Source: Candidatus Latescibacterota bacterium
Lineage (GTDB): Bacteria; Latescibacterota; UBA2968; UBA8231
Direction: 5' to 3'
DNA: 64,000 nucleotides
Assembly (NCBI GenBank): GCA_965206595.1
Contig: OZ242214.1
Location: forward strand, 3,584,001 to 3,648,000
Of the stretch, positions 1-11,230 are shown piece after piece. Both the position numbers and the translations under genes were made by a program. The notes under the pieces are model-generated. The model was not told the DNA's origin. It worked only from the letters and a program-made list of their open reading frames with translations, and made no database searches. The first letter of the stretch is position 1, and every line of letters begins with the position of its first letter.

Positions 1-483
1 CGGAATGATGTTCGATTGCCAGCTGCCGATGTAGGGGGAGCTGAGCTGGACGAGCAGCAGGCTGGCGCTCAGCAGGACGACGAGGAGGGGGAAGCGGTAT
101 TCCTCGGGGACGGCGAACGGGATGACGAGGATGCTGCCGCGAAGCAGCATCGCCCCCATGCGGCTGTTGAGGATGAAGCGCTTCTCTTCCCGGAAACGGG
201 CGCCGATGAGAGGCGCGGCGAGCTGCGCCAGCGCCATCACAGAGATGATCGACGACAGCAGGGCTACGGACGCGGCATCGGCCCCCAGCCACAGGGCGTA
301 GCCGGTCATGACCGCGGTGCTCAGGCCGGCGAACTGGCTCCAGGCACCCCAAAGACCCTGGTGAAGGGTGAAGGCGCGCATGCTGCGCACCACCTCGCCT
401 CGGGAAGAAGCGGGGGGCGAGACCGCGGCCCTGTCAGCAGCACCGCCGGCGGCCGCCCCCGCAGATGCTGCGCTCTCCTCCAT
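1..483 (-). CDS. MFS-type membrane transporter, 5' part (runs off window start)
   Basis: Own translation from ATG at 483: ...MRAFTLHQGLWGAWSQFAGLSTAVMTGYALWLGADAASVALLSSIISVMALAQLAAPLIG..., several hydrophobic helices; open to position 1; not in the ORF track because the stop lies outside the window. Confidence 0.7.
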   Translation of the reverse strand, partial: MEESAASAGAAAGGAADRAAVSPPASSRGEVVRSMRAFTLHQGLWGAWSQFAGLSTAVMTGYALWLGADAASVALLSSIISVMALAQLAAPLIGARFREEKRFILNSRMGAMLLRGSILVIPFAVPEEYRFPLLVVLLSASLLLVQLSSPYIGSWQSNIIP

Positions 484-526
484 GGTGTCGGCGGTCGGCC
501 GCCCTCCCGAGAGGGCGGCCGAGAGG

Positions 527-1384
527 TCAGAAGACTTCGCTCTCCTCGCTCAAGCTGAGCAGGGGTTCGTAGAGCTCGGGGCTGCGCAGCTTGCCGAGGG
601 CGCGCTCCTTGAGCTGGCGGACGCGCTCCCGGGTCAGCCCCATCAGACGGCCGATCTGCTCGAGGGTCAGCGGATCTTCGCCGTTGAGTCCGAAGTAGTT
701 CATGATGATGTACTGCTCGCGGTCGTCGAGGTGCAGCAGCGCCCTGTCGACCTGGACCTTTGCCGACTCGTCGAGCAAGCCCTCGTCCGGGGCCTGCTGG
801 CCCTCGTCCGGCAGGACGTTCATCAGGGTGCGCTCGTCGTCGTCGAAGGTCTCGTCGAGAGAGCGTGGCTGGCGGGCGCTGAGGATGGCGTCGAGCACCT
901 CTTCGGGGGCGACCTCCAGCTCCTCGGCGATCTGCTCGAACTTCTGCTCCCCCTCCCCTTCGAGGCCCAGCTTGCGCGAGACCTTGGAGATGTCCTTGAG
1001 CAGGCTCAGCTTGTTCAGGGGCAGCCGCACGGTGCGCGCCTCGTCGGCGATGGTCTGCAGGATCGACTGGCGAATCCACCAGACGGCGTAAGAGATGAAC
1101 TTGAAGCCCTTGGTACCGTCGAAGCGGTCGGCTGCCGTCATCAGGCCGACGTTGCCGGCGCTGATCAGCTCGGGAAGCGACATGCCGCGGTTCTGGTAGT
1201 TCTTGGCGACGTCGACGACGAAGCGCAGGTTGGCCTGCACCAGCTCCTCGCGCGCCTCCATGTCCCCGAGCTTGATGCGGGCGGCGAGAGCGACCTCCTG
1301 CTCTCGGGCAAGCGGTCGCGAATCTGCGATATCGTCGAAATACTGCCGCAGGGCGGATTCGTCATCTTTGGTCAGAAGTCGCAT
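527..1384 (-). CDS. RNA polymerase sigma70-family factor, short RpoD/SigA-like form lacking region 1.1 (285 aa)
   Basis: Region 2 ANLRFVV..AKNYQNRG and GFKFISYAVWWIRQSI; region 4 TLEQIG..MGLTRERVRQ. Confidence 0.93.
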   Translation of the reverse strand: MRLLTKDDESALRQYFDDIADSRPLAREQEVALAARIKLGDMEAREELVQANLRFVVDVAKNYQNRGMSLPELISAGNVGLMTAADRFDGTKGFKFISYAVWWIRQSILQTIADEARTVRLPLNKLSLLKDISKVSRKLGLEGEGEQKFEQIAEELEVAPEEVLDAILSARQPRSLDETFDDDERTLMNVLPDEGQQAPDEGLLDESAKVQVDRALLHLDDREQYIIMNYFGLNGEDPLTLEQIGRLMGLTRERVRQLKERALGKLRSPELYEPLLSLSEESEVF

Positions 1385-1622
1385 GGCATCCTTTCAATTC
1401 AAAAGCTGCGCAATTCTTGCAGGGAAAACCTGGCAGTTCGCTTCGGGGTTTCCCTAACAACGTGATTTTAATGTTCTTACAGTCAATTTCCCGACGGTGG
1501 AGAATGCAGAATTTGCGCTATTCCGCGGATCGTCTTTTTCCTCTTCGCCCCGCAGGACCGGACTGGCTGACCCGCGAAAGAGGGAAGAGGAGCGACCCTA
1601 TTTCTCCGGCACCCGACAGCTA

Positions 1623-1639
1623 TGCAAATGCGGTGCCAG
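1623..1639 (-). promoter_or_regulatory. sigma54 (-24/-12) promoter upstream of the sigma factor gene
   Basis: Minus strand reads CTGGCAC-CGCAT-TTGCA, matching TGGCAC-N5-TTGC with exact spacing and pointing at the gene. Confidence 0.7.
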
Positions 1640-1656
1640 CTGTTGGGTCACCGATG

Positions 1657-1740
1657 TAACCTATTGAAAACGAATGAATTGCAGTACCGGCAGCGACAGC
1701 GGAACCGGTCGCCGGTGCGGCAATCAATGCAACATTTGCA
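1657..1740 (-). promoter_or_regulatory. IHF-like site (1657-1669) and palindromic activator-site candidate (1728-1740)
   Basis: Minus-strand TTTCAATAGGTTA versus WATCAANNNNTTR (1 mismatch); palindrome TGCAA-CAT-TTGCA about 90-100 bp upstream of the -24 element. Confidence 0.45.
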
Positions 1741-1823
1741 CGATTTCCGCCGCAGCTGACGCACCGCGTGTCTGCACGGCACCCCTGCCGGCCGTCGCCG
1801 CGCAGGTAGTCGGGAGCTCCGGG

Positions 1824-2797
1824 TCAGGAAATGGCGACCCGGCGGCCCTCCCTCGCCGAGATCTCCCCCTGGAGGCTGATCCGCACCGCCTCCCAGGCGA
1901 GCTCGAGATCGGCCTTCCATGCGGACGGCTCACCTGCCACCTCGGTAATGAACCGGTTTTCGAGAGATGGGGCCTCGACGGCCGGGGGGTGAACCGTTTG
2001 CGAGCCCGCCCGGGACGACAGGGTCCACCCATCGTCTGCCGCGGCGAGGCGGCCGCCGGCGAGCAGCAACTGCCGCCTCTGCTCCGCCTGCGCGACCTCG
2101 ACCCCACCCGCCCAGGTCCAGACCGCGGTCCCTCCCGATTCGAACCCCGCCGTCAGGGTATTGACGAAGGACTGGTAGCGGCCCGAACCGCGGTCGAGGC
2201 CGGCGTACTGCGCGTGCGCCTGCACCCAGGCCGCCGGCCCGAAGAGGTCGACGAACGGGTACACGTGGTAGATGAAGAACAGCATCGGGTGCCCGGATAC
2301 CTGCAGGTTGAACAGCACTTCCGGGCGCGCCCCGCGGCCCGGAGTCACGCGCGTGAACTCCGCGAGCTGCAACGGGCCGAGGGCGGCAACCTGCCGGCGC
2401 AGCCATTCGTGTTCGCCCGATACCGCTTCGTCGTGGGCGACGCGAACGACGAGGCCCTTCTCACGCGCCGTCCGCACCACGCTCTCGGCTTCCTCGAGGC
2501 TGCGGGCCAACGGGTACTCGGTGAAGACCGGTTTGCCCGCCTCGAGAGCTGCCAGGGCGATGGCCCCGTGGCTGTCGTTGCTGGTGCAGATGACGACGGC
2601 GTCGACTTCGTCGCTTGCCACCAGCTCTCGCCAATCGCCGAGCAGGGGAACCCCGTACTGCCGCGCCAGCGGCGCCCCTGTCGCGGGATTTCGCGACGCC
2701 AGGGCGGTGACACGGCACTCCTCGAGCCCGGCGAAGGCGCGCAGGCGGTGGGCGGCCATGCCGCCGGAGCCGACGACGCCGGCGCGCAGGGACCGCT

Positions 2798-2801
<4 letters not shown>
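1824..2801 (-). CDS. Gfo/Idh/MocA family oxidoreductase
   Basis: Rossmann GVVGSGGMA, VDAVVICT..DSH, GKPVFTEYP; start overlaps the selB stop (GTGA). Confidence 0.85.
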
Positions 2802-4696
<1,895 letters not shown>

Positions 4697-4801
4697 AGGG
4701 TATGGGGGGAAAGATAACCGGCGGCGCTTGTTGGCCTCAAACCCGGAACAGAAAGATCCTTTCTTGATGAGGCGCGCCGGCCTGGGCTTTATTTCCGCAT
4801 T

Positions 4802-5434
4802 ATGGCGGATGTGCTGCACATAGACCCGGACCACCTGAAAGGGCGCTGGCTGCGCCGTGCCGCGGAGGTGCTGCGCGGAGGCGGCGTCGTCATCTATCCG
4901 ACCGACACGATCTACGGGTTGGGATGCGACATCGAGGTCAAGAACGCCATCGAGCGCATCCGGCAGCTCAAGGGACGGGACGCGAAGAAACCGATGTCCT
5001 TCGTCTGCTCCGACCTGACCGCGATCAGCCGCTACGCCCGCGTCACCAACTTCTCCTACCGCATCCTGAAGCGCTTTCTCCCGGGGCCGTACACCTTCGT
5101 GCTCCCGGCGACCCGGGAGACGCCGCGCCTGCTGCGCAGCAGGCAGAAGACGGTCGGCATCCGCATCCCCGATCACCCGCTGACCCAGGGCCTGGTCAGG
5201 GAGCTCGGCAGTCCCATTCTCAGCACCAGCGCCAATCGCAGCGAGCAGGAGGTGCTCACCGACCCTGTGGACCTCGAAAGAGAATTCGGCTCCCGCGTCG
5301 ACCTGATCCTCGAATGCGGCGTGCTGCCGGTGCAGCCGAGCACCGTCGTCTCCCTGGTAGGGGACGAGGTCGAGGTACTGCGGGAAGGCCGGGGAGACGT
5401 CGAGTTCTTCAGACAGCAACAAGCGGGATCATGA
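4802..5434 (+). CDS. tsaC: L-threonylcarbamoyladenylate synthase (Sua5/YrdC/YciO family)
   Basis: YPTDTIYGLGC, LKGR, PGPYTF, VGIRIP, STSAN motifs. Confidence 0.88.
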   Translation: MADVLHIDPDHLKGRWLRRAAEVLRGGGVVIYPTDTIYGLGCDIEVKNAIERIRQLKGRDAKKPMSFVCSDLTAISRYARVTNFSYRILKRFLPGPYTFVLPATRETPRLLRSRQKTVGIRIPDHPLTQGLVRELGSPILSTSANRSEQEVLTDPVDLEREFGSRVDLILECGVLPVQPSTVVSLVGDEVEVLREGRGDVEFFRQQQAGS

Positions 5435-5548
5435 TTCCACCACCCCGCCCCGGGGCAGCCGCCGCACCTCACCGGCGGTTCCGGCCTTTCGAGAAGGAAT
5501 GCTTCTCATGCTTTCAGCCCCGCTCTCGCCCGGATTCTTTGCGGCGCG

Positions 5549-8068
5549 ATGATTCCCCCCGGCGGTCCCGTCGTGGCTGAGCCGGCGGAGTCCAACCGTA
5601 TCCGCAGTCGTGGCCACCTGTCGAGGGCGGCCGTCGCGGTGGTCCTGGCCTCGGCTTCGTCCGCAGGCGCAAACAGTTTCGACCCTGTCCAACCATTCGC
5701 ACCCTACGCCGAGCGCAGCGAGTTCATGCCCGCGGTCCCCGGGGCGCTTGGCGGGCTCTACGGTTTCGTCAATCCCGCGGTGCTCACCCACGTCCGCGGC
5801 CTGGAGTCGACCTTCGCCTGGTCGGACCGCGGCCGCGGGGGCGGCAACGAATGGGGAATGTTCACCGCCCTCCCCCGGATCGGTTTCGGCCTCCTGCGAC
5901 AGTCGCGAAGCGACCGGGGCGAGGCGGAAGTGGACGAGTACCGGCTCGCCTTCTCCGGCGGGGACCGCACCGTCAGTCTCGGGGTCGGTTTCGGCTGGGG
6001 AAGAGGCCCGCGCTCCCTGCGGCCGCAGAGCCTGTTCTCCTTCGGCTCCCTGTTGAGGCCTTCCCCCCACCTGTCTCTGGGCCTCACCTGGACCTCCGAT
6101 CTGCGGGCGCGGGCCCGCGAAGCCGCGATGGAGATGGCGGTGCGGCCGTTGGGATCCCCGCGGCTCACCCTCTTCGCCGACGCGGCGGTGGCCAACGACA
6201 GGGCCGGCGGCGACCGCTTCTGGAGCGCCGGGGCCGCCCTCGAGCTGTGGCACGGCCTCGCGGTCAGCACCCGCTACCGCAACGACCGCCTGGCGGCCAT
6301 CGGCCTGCGGTTCGGGCTCGGAGAGAGCGCCGTTCAGACCGGAAGCCTGGTCGATTTGCGCGGCGGCGGCGAAACCTCGCGCGGCCTGTACTCCGTCAGC
6401 CTCGCCGATTTCCAGGGGAACGGCTTATCCCCGGTGAAACGAGGACCCCCTCGCTACCTGCACCTGAAGCTCGACGGGCCGGTGAGGTACCGCCGCCACG
6501 CCCTGTTCGACCGCTCGCGCACGCTGCTCTCCCTGCTCTCCCTGATCGAGCGCGCCCGCACCGACCCCGGGATCCGCGGCGTCGCCATCAACCTCTCGGG
6601 GATCCGCATCGGCTACGAAAACAGCTGGGAGCTGCGGCAGCAGTTGCAGGCCCTGCGCGACGACGGCAAGCGAGTGGTGGTCTACATCGACCACGCCGGT
6701 CTGCGCCTCTACCACCTCGCCTCGGTCGCCGACCGCATCCTCCTCGACCCGTCCGGCCTTCTGATGCTCGAAGGCTTCGTCGCCGGCAGCACCTACCTCA
6801 AGGGAGCGCTCGACCGCATCGGCGTCGGCGTCGAGGAACTGCGCTACCGGGAGTACAAGTCCGCCCTGGAGACGCTGGTCCGCGACTCGATGTCCGATGA
6901 AGACAGGGAGCAGTGGCAGGCCTTCGTCGACGACGTGTACGCGCGCGCCCGCGCCGACATCGCCGCGGCTCGCGGCCTTGAAGAGCAGGAGGTCGACCGT
7001 CTCGTCGACGAGGTCACCCTGTTCCTGCCCGAGGACGCCCGGCGCCACGGCCTGGTCGACACCCTGGCGCGCTGGGATGCCGTCGATGCCGCCATCGAGT
7101 CCCTCGAGGGCCGGACCGTGGCCGCGGCCGGACCCGCCTCGGTTGCGCCGCGGCGCAACCGCTCCTGGGGGGAGCCTCCGCGCCTGGCGGTGCTCTACGC
7201 ACTCGGTGTCTGCGCCATGGATTCCGGCATCGGCGCCCGCCGGCTGGTCGCCGATATCGAGCGCGTCAGGGAAGACGGCCGCGTCAAGGCGGTGGTCCTG
7301 CGCGTCGACTCGCCCGGGGGCGAGGTGCTGGCCTCCGACCTGGTCGCCGACGCGGTGCGCCGCCTGAAGGAGGAGAAGCCGGTGATCGTCTCTCAGGGGG
7401 CGGTCGCGGCCTCGGGCGGGTACTGGATCTCGATGTACGCCGACAGCATCGTCGCCGCGCCGGTCACCCTGACCGGATCGATCGGGGTGATTTACGGGTG
7501 GTTCTACAACAGCGGACTCAAGGAGAAGCTCGGCCTGTCGACCGATCGCGTGCAGGCCGGGGCGCGCGCCGACCTGCCGTTCGGCATGGCGCTGCCCTTC
7601 CTGGGAACGCTGCCGGACCGCAACCTCCGGGACGACGAACGCGCCATCGTCTCCGCGGCAATGCGCGCCACCTACGACCGTTTCGTCGGGGAAGTCGCCG
7701 CCGCCCGCGGCCATTCGACCGAAGCGATCGATGCGGTCGCCAAAGGGCGCATCTGGTCGGGAACGCAGGCGGTGGAGGCGGGCCTGGTAGACGAACTGGG
7801 AGGCCTGATGACCGCCCTGCGGCTCGCCAGGGAGAGGGCCGGACTGAAGCCGGACCGGCCCGTCGTCATCGACGAGCACCCCCGGCTCGGGCTGATCGAT
7901 TGGGACCGGCTCGCCCCGAGGCTGATCGGCCAGAGGCTGCCGATCAGCGCCTACCGGAGCCTTGGGGAGCAGCTGCTCTTCCGCCTGGAGCACAGCGGCC
8001 AGCCGTTGCTGCTCGGAGCCGAGCGCACCACCTCTTGGTTCCTGCGGGAGGGACCGCTCGCGGAATGA
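5549..8068 (+). CDS. sppA: Large signal peptide peptidase SppA (S49) with an N-terminal beta-rich extension
   Basis: Two S49 domains: LASVADRI, EYKSA, LRVDSPGG, AASGGYW, TGSIGV, GRIWSG; signal-peptide-like N-terminus; start uncertain. Confidence 0.88.
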   Translation: MIPPGGPVVAEPAESNRIRSRGHLSRAAVAVVLASASSAGANSFDPVQPFAPYAERSEFMPAVPGALGGLYGFVNPAVLTHVRGLESTFAWSDRGRGGGNEWGMFTALPRIGFGLLRQSRSDRGEAEVDEYRLAFSGGDRTVSLGVGFGWGRGPRSLRPQSLFSFGSLLRPSPHLSLGLTWTSDLRARAREAAMEMAVRPLGSPRLTLFADAAVANDRAGGDRFWSAGAALELWHGLAVSTRYRNDRLAAIGLRFGLGESAVQTGSLVDLRGGGETSRGLYSVSLADFQGNGLSPVKRGPPRYLHLKLDGPVRYRRHALFDRSRTLLSLLSLIERARTDPGIRGVAINLSGIRIGYENSWELRQQLQALRDDGKRVVVYIDHAGLRLYHLASVADRILLDPSGLLMLEGFVAGSTYLKGALDRIGVGVEELRYREYKSALETLVRDSMSDEDREQWQAFVDDVYARARADIAAARGLEEQEVDRLVDEVTLFLPEDARRHGLVDTLARWDAVDAAIESLEGRTVAAAGPASVAPRRNRSWGEPPRLAVLYALGVCAMDSGIGARRLVADIERVREDGRVKAVVLRVDSPGGEVLASDLVADAVRRLKEEKPVIVSQGAVAASGGYWISMYADSIVAAPVTLTGSIGVIYGWFYNSGLKEKLGLSTDRVQAGARADLPFGMALPFLGTLPDRNLRDDERAIVSAAMRATYDRFVGEVAAARGHSTEAIDAVAKGRIWSGTQAVEAGLVDELGGLMTALRLARERAGLKPDRPVVIDEHPRLGLIDWDRLAPRLIGQRLPISAYRSLGEQLLFRLEHSGQPLLLGAERTTSWFLREGPLAE

Positions 8069-8077
8069 GGGGGCCGC

Positions 8078-8869
8078 TCAGGCCCAGGCTCCCTTGGCCA
8101 TCATGCCACCGTCGACGCAGACGTACTCGCCGGTCATGAAAGAGGCCCCGTCGCTGGCGAGAAAGACCGCGACGTTGCCGATCTCGCTCGGCTGACCGAT
8201 GCGGTTCATCGGGTGGACGGCCCCCCAGATCGCCTTCATCTCCTCGAAGGACTTGCCCATGCCGTCGGCGGCGTCGGTGACCAGCGGCGTCTCGATGGTG
8301 CCCGGGTTTATCGCCAGCACGCGGATGTTGTCCTCGGCGTACTCGAGGGCCAGCTGCCGCGTCAGCGACAGGATCCCCCCCTTGCTGGCAGCGTAGGGCG
8401 CGACCCCCTTCATCGACTGCAGCCCCTGGACGCTGGCGGTGTTAATGATGGCGCCGCCGCCGCGTTTCTTCATCTCCGGGATGCAGAGCCGCGTCATCAG
8501 GAAGAAGCTCTTGAGGTTGATGTCGATGATGCGGTCCCACTGTTCCTCCTTCAGCTCGTGGGCGGGAACGTAGCTCTCGGCCGGCTGGATGCCGACGTTG
8601 TTGCAGAGAACGTCGACTCCCCCCCAATCCGACACGGCGCGGGCGACGAGGGTTTCGCAGTCGGCGTTGAGGGACACGTCCGCCTTCTGAAAGCGGATCT
8701 CGCCGCGGCCGGAGCTCTCCTTGTCGCCGGCCAGGGTCTCCCCCGTCTCCTCGTTGACGTCGCCGCACAGCACCTTGGCGCCTGCCTGGGCGAAGGCCTC
8801 GCAGATGCCGCGCCCGATCCCCCGACCGCCGCCGGTCACGATTACGACTTTGCCATCGAATTCCGCCAT
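8078..8869 (-). CDS. Short-chain dehydrogenase/reductase (SDR)
   Basis: TGGGRGIG, NNVG, YAASK, PG.I.T, VDGG. Confidence 0.93.
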   Translation of the reverse strand: MAEFDGKVVIVTGGGRGIGRGICEAFAQAGAKVLCGDVNEETGETLAGDKESSGRGEIRFQKADVSLNADCETLVARAVSDWGGVDVLCNNVGIQPAESYVPAHELKEEQWDRIIDINLKSFFLMTRLCIPEMKKRGGGAIINTASVQGLQSMKGVAPYAASKGGILSLTRQLALEYAEDNIRVLAINPGTIETPLVTDAADGMGKSFEEMKAIWGAVHPMNRIGQPSEIGNVAVFLASDGASFMTGEYVCVDGGMMAKGAWA

Positions 8870-9255
8870 CTGTATCTCCTGTCTGTTTTGATTCTACGGG
8901 TTTTTCGGGGGCTTCCCGCCAGGGCGGGCCCCCTGCAGTGGTCGATGCCGTTCTACGGGCAGCCGAATATATCCGGTTTGAGACCTTCCTCAAGACGATT
9001 GATGGGTTCATTTCCGGCGTCAGCCAGTCACCGCAATCGCTCAATCCTTGCGGAAAAAGGAACCTGCGCTGCGGTGCTCCATTTCCAAGAATGCCTTGGT
9101 GCGGGACCAGAAGACGGATTGCACTGCAGACCATTTCCAGCACGGGGACGCTGAATTGCGGAACATCGCGATGTCATCCCGCTTTGACTCCGGGTTGTGG
9201 TTCGGTTCCCAAACAGATGGCGCCGTGGAAAGGCGAGCGGGATTCACCACCCGCC

Positions 9256-11223
9256 TCAATAGGCGACCTGGATCACGCCGCCGCGCTCCGCCCGGCGCGA
9301 GTCGGCGTCCACCTGCACCCGGAACAGGTAGATGCCCGGCGGCAGCGCCCCGTCTCTGCCGCGGCCGTCCCAGACCCGTTCCCCGCGGCCGCTGGCCTCC
9401 AGTCCCTCGTATACCCGCCGCACCCGGCGTCCGCTGAGATCGTAGACGTCCACCGTCACCGCCTGGGCGGCGGCCAGCTGCAGCAGCGTGTAGCGGAAGG
9501 AGACCTCGTCGTTGACCCCGTCGCCGTTGGGTGTCACCACCGGACTGCTGGCGCCGACCTCCTGCAGCAGCGAGCCGGACAGTTCGACCCCCACCGACAG
9601 GCTGTTGCTGTCGAGAGCGAAGGTCGCGTCCCCTTCGGCCACCGCCTGCCCCACCTCCCCCGGGCGGCCGGTGTCGGACACCACGCCGTCGAACACCGTC
9701 CCGAAGCGGAACACCCGCGCCCGGAAGAAGACCTCGACCACCTTGCCGCTGTCGGTGGTCTCCAGTCGGGGCAGCTTCAGGGCTACGCGCGGACCGGGAA
9801 AGGGGACGGAAGCATCCCCGCACGCCACCGGGTCGATGCCCCCGTCGACCCAGACCGCGCAGGGAACGGGGTCTCCGTTGACCCGGACCGAGTCCACCCC
9901 GGTCAACTCTCCAGGGGTGCTGAGATCGAAGCGGTCGAAACCGGACTCGGCCTCCTCCAAGTTCGCGGTGAAGGCCGGTCTGAAGGCATACACGAAGGCG
10001 GTCTCCCTGCCCGCCACGGCCAGCGGCGGCGACACCTCGCCGACGACCTGCCGCACCACCGGCGGCGAGGTCACCTCGAACTCCAGGTGCGACAGGAACC
10101 CCCCGGAAAAACCGGAGTTCTCGAACCGGGCCTGGAACTGCACGTAACGATTCGGCCCCGGAGAGGCGAAGTCCGCGGCGCTTCCCCCCCCGGCGTACGG
10201 CGTCGACCAGAAGCTCCAGTTGTCGGCGTCGAGGCTCGTGCCGGCCTGCTCGGTCAACACCATCCCCTCGTACTCTTCGCGGGTCAGGGTCCGTCCCCTC
10301 TCGTCGCGGTAGCTGCGCTCCTCCCCGCGCCCGGTCAGGCGCCAGTAGCGGACCGGATCGTCGTCGGTGCCGCTGCGGCTCCTGATCTCCACCCTGGCGC
10401 CCGGGTCCTTCCTCTCCCGCCAGCGGATCTCGCCGAGGCTCGACACACCTCCCAGATCGAGAATGCGCGAGCTGTACGAGGCGGCCGGCGCGAACCCCTC
10501 TCCATAGACCTCGAGCTCGGCGATCTCCCAGGGCCGGATGGTTCTTTCCCGCCTGTGGGGATCGCCGATAACGACCATGACCGTGTGCGCGAGCCGGGTC
10601 GGAATCGTCACCTCCACACGGGGACTCCGGTTGTCCTCGGTCTCCGCCACAAGGGCGTAGCTCAGCACGTTGCTCAGAGGATTGTTGAGAACGGAAGGAT
10701 CGCCGTCGAAGAGGTAGATCTTGAAGTCTTCCACGAAGCGGTCCTGGCCTTCGGGGGTCGGGTAGAACACCACCCGGTTGACCGGCAGGATACCTCCCAG
10801 GTCGATCCCGATTAACGGGTGTTCCAGGACTTCCTTTATATCGGCTTCCTCGAACGCCGTGGCGGGGTCGCCGTCGACGACCCGCAGGTGGAAATCGTTC
10901 TCCGTTCTAACGTGCTTGGCCCCGAAAGGGGTCCCCCCCAGCGACAGGACGTCCAGGGAGATGTTGCGGTCCGGATCCAGGAGGACGGGGGCCATCCCTC
11001 CTTCCTCGAAATCGAGCGAGCGGACGGAACCGCCGTAGCCGGCGGCCGCCTCCTGCCAGGAAAGGTGGACGACGTCGATCCCCTGTTCGTCGGGAGGCGG
11101 GCCGCCGATGCGGAAGAGGGTCAGGCAGTCTCCCGCCCCGGGGGCCAGGGCCCCGGTACAGAGCGCCAGGAGCACCGCCGGAAGAGGGTGGGCGGGCCAT
11201 TTTCCCATGGCGGGATCTGCCAT
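9256..11223 (-). CDS. Secreted protein with a C-terminal FlgD-type Ig-like domain
   Basis: Signal-like N-terminus; C-terminal TPNGDGVND...VYDLSGRRVR...WDGR...PGIYLFRV. Confidence 0.75.
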   Translation of the reverse strand: MADPAMGKWPAHPLPAVLLALCTGALAPGAGDCLTLFRIGGPPPDEQGIDVVHLSWQEAAAGYGGSVRSLDFEEGGMAPVLLDPDRNISLDVLSLGGTPFGAKHVRTENDFHLRVVDGDPATAFEEADIKEVLEHPLIGIDLGGILPVNRVVFYPTPEGQDRFVEDFKIYLFDGDPSVLNNPLSNVLSYALVAETEDNRSPRVEVTIPTRLAHTVMVVIGDPHRRERTIRPWEIAELEVYGEGFAPAASYSSRILDLGGVSSLGEIRWRERKDPGARVEIRSRSGTDDDPVRYWRLTGRGEERSYRDERGRTLTREEYEGMVLTEQAGTSLDADNWSFWSTPYAGGGSAADFASPGPNRYVQFQARFENSGFSGGFLSHLEFEVTSPPVVRQVVGEVSPPLAVAGRETAFVYAFRPAFTANLEEAESGFDRFDLSTPGELTGVDSVRVNGDPVPCAVWVDGGIDPVACGDASVPFPGPRVALKLPRLETTDSGKVVEVFFRARVFRFGTVFDGVVSDTGRPGEVGQAVAEGDATFALDSNSLSVGVELSGSLLQEVGASSPVVTPNGDGVNDEVSFRYTLLQLAAAQAVTVDVYDLSGRRVRRVYEGLEASGRGERVWDGRGRDGALPPGIYLFRVQVDADSRRAERGGVIQVAY

Positions 11224-11230
11224 CGAACGC

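Noticed and set aside
4697-5422. Apparent 242-aa N-terminal extension of SelB in the ORF track
   Set aside because: It is the antisense of tsaC; SelB homology starts at ATG 4696.
8960-9030. Minus-strand peptide PSIVLRKVSN faintly like an IS66 transposase C-terminus
   Set aside because: Too short and without flanking similarity; the DNA is better explained as a TTGAGG-N16-TATATT promoter for the SDR gene.
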